Assembly: GCA_963662655.2 (NCBI GenBank)
Contig: CAXXTU010000002.1
Location: forward strand, 608,001 to 672,000
DNA from: Candidatus Cloacimonadales bacterium
GTDB lineage: Bacteria > Cloacimonadota > Cloacimonadia > Cloacimonadales > JAIOQZ01
Direction: 5' to 3'
Length of the DNA stretch: 64,000 nt
Below, piece after piece: positions 60,017 through 64,000 of the stretch. Below the pieces are notes generated by a model. That model was not told the origin of the DNA, did no database searches, and was given only the letters and a program-made list of their open reading frames with translations. Numbering within the stretch: position 1 is the first letter of the stretch; each line of letters begins with the position of its first letter. The position numbers and the translations under genes were made by a program.

Positions 60017-60020
60017 GCTT

Positions 60021-62438
60021 ATGAAAAGAATGATCTATTTCCTTATACTGATTAATATGTTCTCGCTTCTGGCGGCTGTCACTACACTCAAGCACACCCC
60101 GCCGATCTCGTTATCCCCGGGAAGCGAACAGATCATCAATCTTGAAGTTATCGACGGTATCGACGACGTTGATGAAGTGAATCTTTACTACCGCCAGTTC
60201 GGTTCGCAGTCATACATCAGCATGCTCATGACCCGCGACACCGGTGTTCAGCCCATGTTTACGGCTCAAATACCGGATGTTATCGAGCAGGGTATCGAGT
60301 ATTACTTCGAAGTGACGCTGCTCAATGGCTCGATCCAGACCTTGCCGGCTTCACAACCGGAGATCAATCCTTACAGGCTTCAAGCTTCGGCTGCTGAGGC
60401 CCCATCGGATGATTTCATCCTGCTTTCTCCCGTTTCCTCAACCGTTCCGGAAAACGCGGATTTAATCATCGCCATCTCGTATTTCGCCATGGCAGGAAAC
60501 ATCGATACGGATAAAATCCAGGTGTTCTTCGACGGTTTCGATAAGACCAACCAAGCTACGATCACCGGTAACATGCTTACGCTGCGCATGGAAAAAGTAC
60601 CGTCCGGCAATCACAGCTTCCAGATCAAAGCCGAGACAATGAGCGGTAAACCGGTCGTCTCCCGCACATGGCAGACAAAGGTCAGCGGTAGCGAACCGTA
60701 CGAGCTGCCCATGGATTTGACCGGCAGTGTCCGTTTCTACGGCAAATACAACAGTACTGATCGCGACGGCGACACCGACGAAGATCGTCGCGGCGATTGG
60801 GACATCAACGTGAAGACACAGCAGAAGTACTTCAACATGTACACGAAGCTGTTCCTCTCCTCTGACGAAGACAAGGATCGTCAACCGTTGAACCGCTACA
60901 CCTTCGGCATCAAGATACCTCACCTTGAACTCGTTCTCGGTGACGATTCTCCGTACTTCGATACCTTCACCCTGAACAACAAGAACGTTCGCGGTATCCA
61001 CGGAGACCTGAACGGAGCCGGAATGCGCCTGATGGTCATCTATGGTGAATCCAAGCGTGGAATCGACGGCAAATATACTGTGACCAGCGACTCGACTCAC
61101 ACGATCGACAAGCACGGGACCTTCAAGCGAAACACATTCGGTTTCAGAACGGAAGCCGGTTCTCGTAATGCGCTCCTTTGGGGCTTGAGTGTCGTCAAGA
61201 ACAAGGACGAACGCTTCTCGCTCGATGAGGAACTGGTTTTGGACGATAACGGCAATCACGTGAACACGCCGAAAGACAACCTGGTTATCGGAACCGATTT
61301 CCAGCTTGCTACATTTCGCAGGGCCTTTGTTCTCGGCGGTGAAATCGCGATGAGTCTTTACAACCACGATACCTATGACGGTGCGATGTCCAAGGACTCG
61401 CTCAGCGCGTACATCTACGGTAAAGAATCCGACGATGAAATCATGTTCGACCCCGAGTCGATTGACGACCTGATCATCATCAACAAGAACATGGAGCCGA
61501 TCGTTCCGGGTCAATCGAACCTGGCGTTCAGGCTGTATGCCCAGTTGAATATGTACCGGAACTTCCTTTCGGTATCTTACTCGGAGATCGGCGCAAGCTT
61601 TAATTCGCTTTCCGCGAACTACTTGCAGAACGATACTTCCGTGCTCTCACTAACCGACAACGTCTCCTTCTGGGAGAATCAGGTGCAGCTCGCACTGGGC
61701 TTGAACTGGCAGGAGGACAACCTCTCCGACCAGAAAGAGAACACCAGCGCTACCACCAACTGGTTTACCCAACTGACGGTCGGTCCGCGCGGATTACCGG
61801 CTTTGCGCCTGGGTTACAGCATGTCGAACTCGGCAAACGATTCCGACACGCTTACTTCAAAGCTCGATCAGACCGTTACGCAGATCAGCACAGGTCTGTC
61901 GTATGACGCGATCAGCCTCCTCGCCGTACCAACGCTGTTCTCCGTGAACTACAACCTCAGTAATGGCGAAAGCGACATGTACAACAACTTCGAGGACGAC
62001 ATGAACACGATATCGCTCTCGGCGGTGTCTCGTTTCCGCGATCTTCCGGTTCGTACGGTTCTCCAGTTCAGTACTTCCAGCAAGGACTTCAAGCAGGAGT
62101 ATCACACCGGAACCAGCGCTGACACCCTGAGCATCAACAAATCGAATGTCTCATATAATACGATCTATGCAAAAATGGATTGGCGGTTCGTCGACGAGAG
62201 ACTCAAGCCGTTCATGAGCGTTAGCTGGACAACCGTTTCCGGCGACGAAGAGAACGACGGCACGAAGGCCGATGTGTCTCAGAATGTTCTGAATACCAAT
62301 ATCGGTACCTCCTACGAGGTGATCAATGATCTCGATACCATGCTCAGCTTCGGTATTCGCGATTTCTCGGACGGAGAAACCTCCGCCAATGATTATTCCC
62401 GCTACGATGTAAAATTCAAGGCGAGCTATCGATTCTAA
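60021..62438 (+). CDS. Outer-membrane protein: N-terminal Ig-like domains plus beta-barrel
   Basis: Signal peptide; HTPP...LYYR...IEYYFEV; alternating strands; ends KASYRF. Confidence 0.65.
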   Translation: MKRMIYFLILINMFSLLAAVTTLKHTPPISLSPGSEQIINLEVIDGIDDVDEVNLYYRQFGSQSYISMLMTRDTGVQPMFTAQIPDVIEQGIEYYFEVTLLNGSIQTLPASQPEINPYRLQASAAEAPSDDFILLSPVSSTVPENADLIIAISYFAMAGNIDTDKIQVFFDGFDKTNQATITGNMLTLRMEKVPSGNHSFQIKAETMSGKPVVSRTWQTKVSGSEPYELPMDLTGSVRFYGKYNSTDRDGDTDEDRRGDWDINVKTQQKYFNMYTKLFLSSDEDKDRQPLNRYTFGIKIPHLELVLGDDSPYFDTFTLNNKNVRGIHGDLNGAGMRLMVIYGESKRGIDGKYTVTSDSTHTIDKHGTFKRNTFGFRTEAGSRNALLWGLSVVKNKDERFSLDEELVLDDNGNHVNTPKDNLVIGTDFQLATFRRAFVLGGEIAMSLYNHDTYDGAMSKDSLSAYIYGKESDDEIMFDPESIDDLIIINKNMEPIVPGQSNLAFRLYAQLNMYRNFLSVSYSEIGASFNSLSANYLQNDTSVLSLTDNVSFWENQVQLALGLNWQEDNLSDQKENTSATTNWFTQLTVGPRGLPALRLGYSMSNSANDSDTLTSKLDQTVTQISTGLSYDAISLLAVPTLFSVNYNLSNGESDMYNNFEDDMNTISLSAVSRFRDLPVRTVLQFSTSSKDFKQEYHTGTSADTLSINKSNVSYNTIYAKMDWRFVDERLKPFMSVSWTTVSGDEENDGTKADVSQNVLNTNIGTSYEVINDLDTMLSFGIRDFSDGETSANDYSRYDVKFKASYRF

Positions 62439-62450
62439 GTTAAACGACAT

Positions 62451-62480
62451 CTGGCGGTGAGAAATCACCGCCAGTTTTTT
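62451..62480 (+). terminator. Rho-independent terminator
   Basis: CTGGCGGTGA-GAAA-TCACCGCCAG-TTTTTT. Confidence 0.85.
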
Positions 62481-62497
62481 CATACACTGGAAAGCCC

Positions 62498-64000
62498 ATG
62501 ATTATTAGAACAATCACCCAAAACATAAGGTTCTTCCTGCTGCTTCTTGTCATCTTCATCGGTTTACAAGTATTTTTCCTCACGGACTTCTGGGTCCACT
62601 TCGATTACAAAATTTACGATACCTTCACGCAGATGCGCGGCACGGAAGAGATATCCAACGATGTCCTCATCGTCAATATCGATCAGGACACATTCGATTC
62701 CATCGAAACCTGTTCCTGGCCTTACCCTCGAACGCTCTACGCGAAGCTGATCGACAACATCTTCCAGGCGGGGGCGAAACTTCTCATCATCGATATCGAG
62801 TTCACCGAGCCGAGAGACGCGGTTGAGGACAGCCTTTTGGCGGCGACGTGCGCGAAGTATCGCGATCGAATCGTACTCGCCGGCTCCGTCATTCGCGAGC
62901 AGCATGCCGGATACATCCACGAGCGCGTTGTGCCGCCGATCAAACCGCTGCAGGACGCGGGAATTCCCTGGGGCGTGGTGAACATCCACACCGATGCCGA
63001 CGGATTCGTCCGGCATTATTCGCTGTTCCAGAAGTATCGTGAGCAGAACTACTATTCGCTCGGCGTGCTCGGGCTGGCGTTGCTGAACAACGGACACGAT
63101 CGGATGCTCACCAACATCACCGACGGTAATCCCTTCAAGATCGAGGGAGAAGACGAGTTCGTAATCCCGAAATTTGGAACGAACACGGCCATGATACACT
63201 TTTACGGCCCTACGAGCACCTTCCCGTGGGTTCCCCTGTACCAGGTTGTGGATGATATCACGTTTGATATATCCGATTTCGATCTGGATTCGTACGAGAA
63301 TCACATTATCGCAGACAGCGTTCTTCAGGACAAGATCGTACTCCTCGGCACCACGCTCAAGGAGCACCACGACTACTTCAGCACGCCTTTTTACTCGGGC
63401 CTGACCCCGGGAGTGGAAATCCACGCGAACTTCGTGGAGATGTGTCTGGATCACGAAACCATCAAACGTTTTCCATTCATCTGGTGGCTGGCGATTCAGT
63501 TTGCGCTGTTCGTGATTCTCAGCTACATATTCATACGGATTTCCCCCAGCATATCCTTGATTCTATCTATCGTGCTGATTGTCCTGTGCATGGGTGGAAC
63601 GTATCTGCTGCTGACGAAATTGAACACATTCGCACCGAACCTGGAATTGCCGGTTCTGGTGCTGCTTCTCTACTTTATCAGTCTACTGCGACACTATATC
63701 AGGACCTCGCGAGAGAAAAAGCAGATTAGAAACGCGTTCCGGCAGTACATGGCGCCAGATCTGGTCAACGAGCTACTCAAGCATCCCGAGAAGCTCAAAT
63801 ACGGTGGGGAAGAGAAGGTCATCTCCGTTCTCTTCTCCGATATCCGCTCGTTCACGACCTACACAGAGAGCCACGAGGCGCGCGAAACGGTGATGATGCT
63901 GCGCGAATACCTGACGGCGATGGTGGATGTGATCATTCGCCACAAAGGAACACTGGACAAATTTGTCGGGGACGAGATTATGGCTCTGTTCGGGGTACCG
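62498..64000 (+). CDS. CHASE2-domain class III adenylate/guanylate cyclase (runs off the window)
   Basis: Not in the ORF track. Manual translation from ATG 62498: VNIDQ...WPYPR...IDIEF, DADGFVR, PGVEIHA, TM helices, VLFSDIRSFT, LDKFVGDEIMALFG. Confidence 0.9.
   Translation, partial: MIIRTITQNIRFFLLLLVIFIGLQVFFLTDFWVHFDYKIYDTFTQMRGTEEISNDVLIVNIDQDTFDSIETCSWPYPRTLYAKLIDNIFQAGAKLLIIDIEFTEPRDAVEDSLLAATCAKYRDRIVLAGSVIREQHAGYIHERVVPPIKPLQDAGIPWGVVNIHTDADGFVRHYSLFQKYREQNYYSLGVLGLALLNNGHDRMLTNITDGNPFKIEGEDEFVIPKFGTNTAMIHFYGPTSTFPWVPLYQVVDDITFDISDFDLDSYENHIIADSVLQDKIVLLGTTLKEHHDYFSTPFYSGLTPGVEIHANFVEMCLDHETIKRFPFIWWLAIQFALFVILSYIFIRISPSISLILSIVLIVLCMGGTYLLLTKLNTFAPNLELPVLVLLLYFISLLRHYIRTSREKKQIRNAFRQYMAPDLVNELLKHPEKLKYGGEEKVISVLFSDIRSFTTYTESHEARETVMMLREYLTAMVDVIIRHKGTLDKFVGDEIMALFGVP

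Noticed and set aside
62564..63729. ORFs 62564-63454 (-) and 63442-63729 (+)
   Set aside because: Shadow or out-of-frame ORFs within the CHASE2 cyclase gene.

Overview
64 kb of a diderm bacterial chromosome. The secreted Ig/Fn3 proteins, PorU-like C25 protein and heptose kinase suggest an FCB-group anaerobe, possibly Ca. Cloacimonadota (inference). Housekeeping genes include ligA, purF, plsY, der, pgk, ddl, tsaE, a DAHP synthase and an HldE-type kinase. Accessory loci: a glycosyltransferase-Ppx/GppA fusion with a cNMP-binding metallo-beta-lactamase phosphodiesterase; PerR-peroxiredoxin; a TPR-sigma54 activator followed by a sigma54 promoter and small ORF; an NQR/Rnf-like operon without NqrA/RnfC; a serpin; an HhH-barrel/barrel/5'-nucleotidase operon; an AT-rich methyltransferase-endonuclease-Vsr cassette; and a FecR/beta-barrel/CHASE2 cyclase cluster. 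The strongest unexplained signal is non-coding: a family of about 120-130 nt intergenic hairpins (2010-2136, 25756-25883 and a diverged inverted copy at 29182-29300). Their stems covary while loops, G-U wobbles and tandem GA pairs are conserved. Two more long structured intergenic elements lie at 40892-41055 and 45605-45793. No rRNA, tRNA, CRISPR array or transposase was seen. All calls come from reading the sequence; no searches were run.
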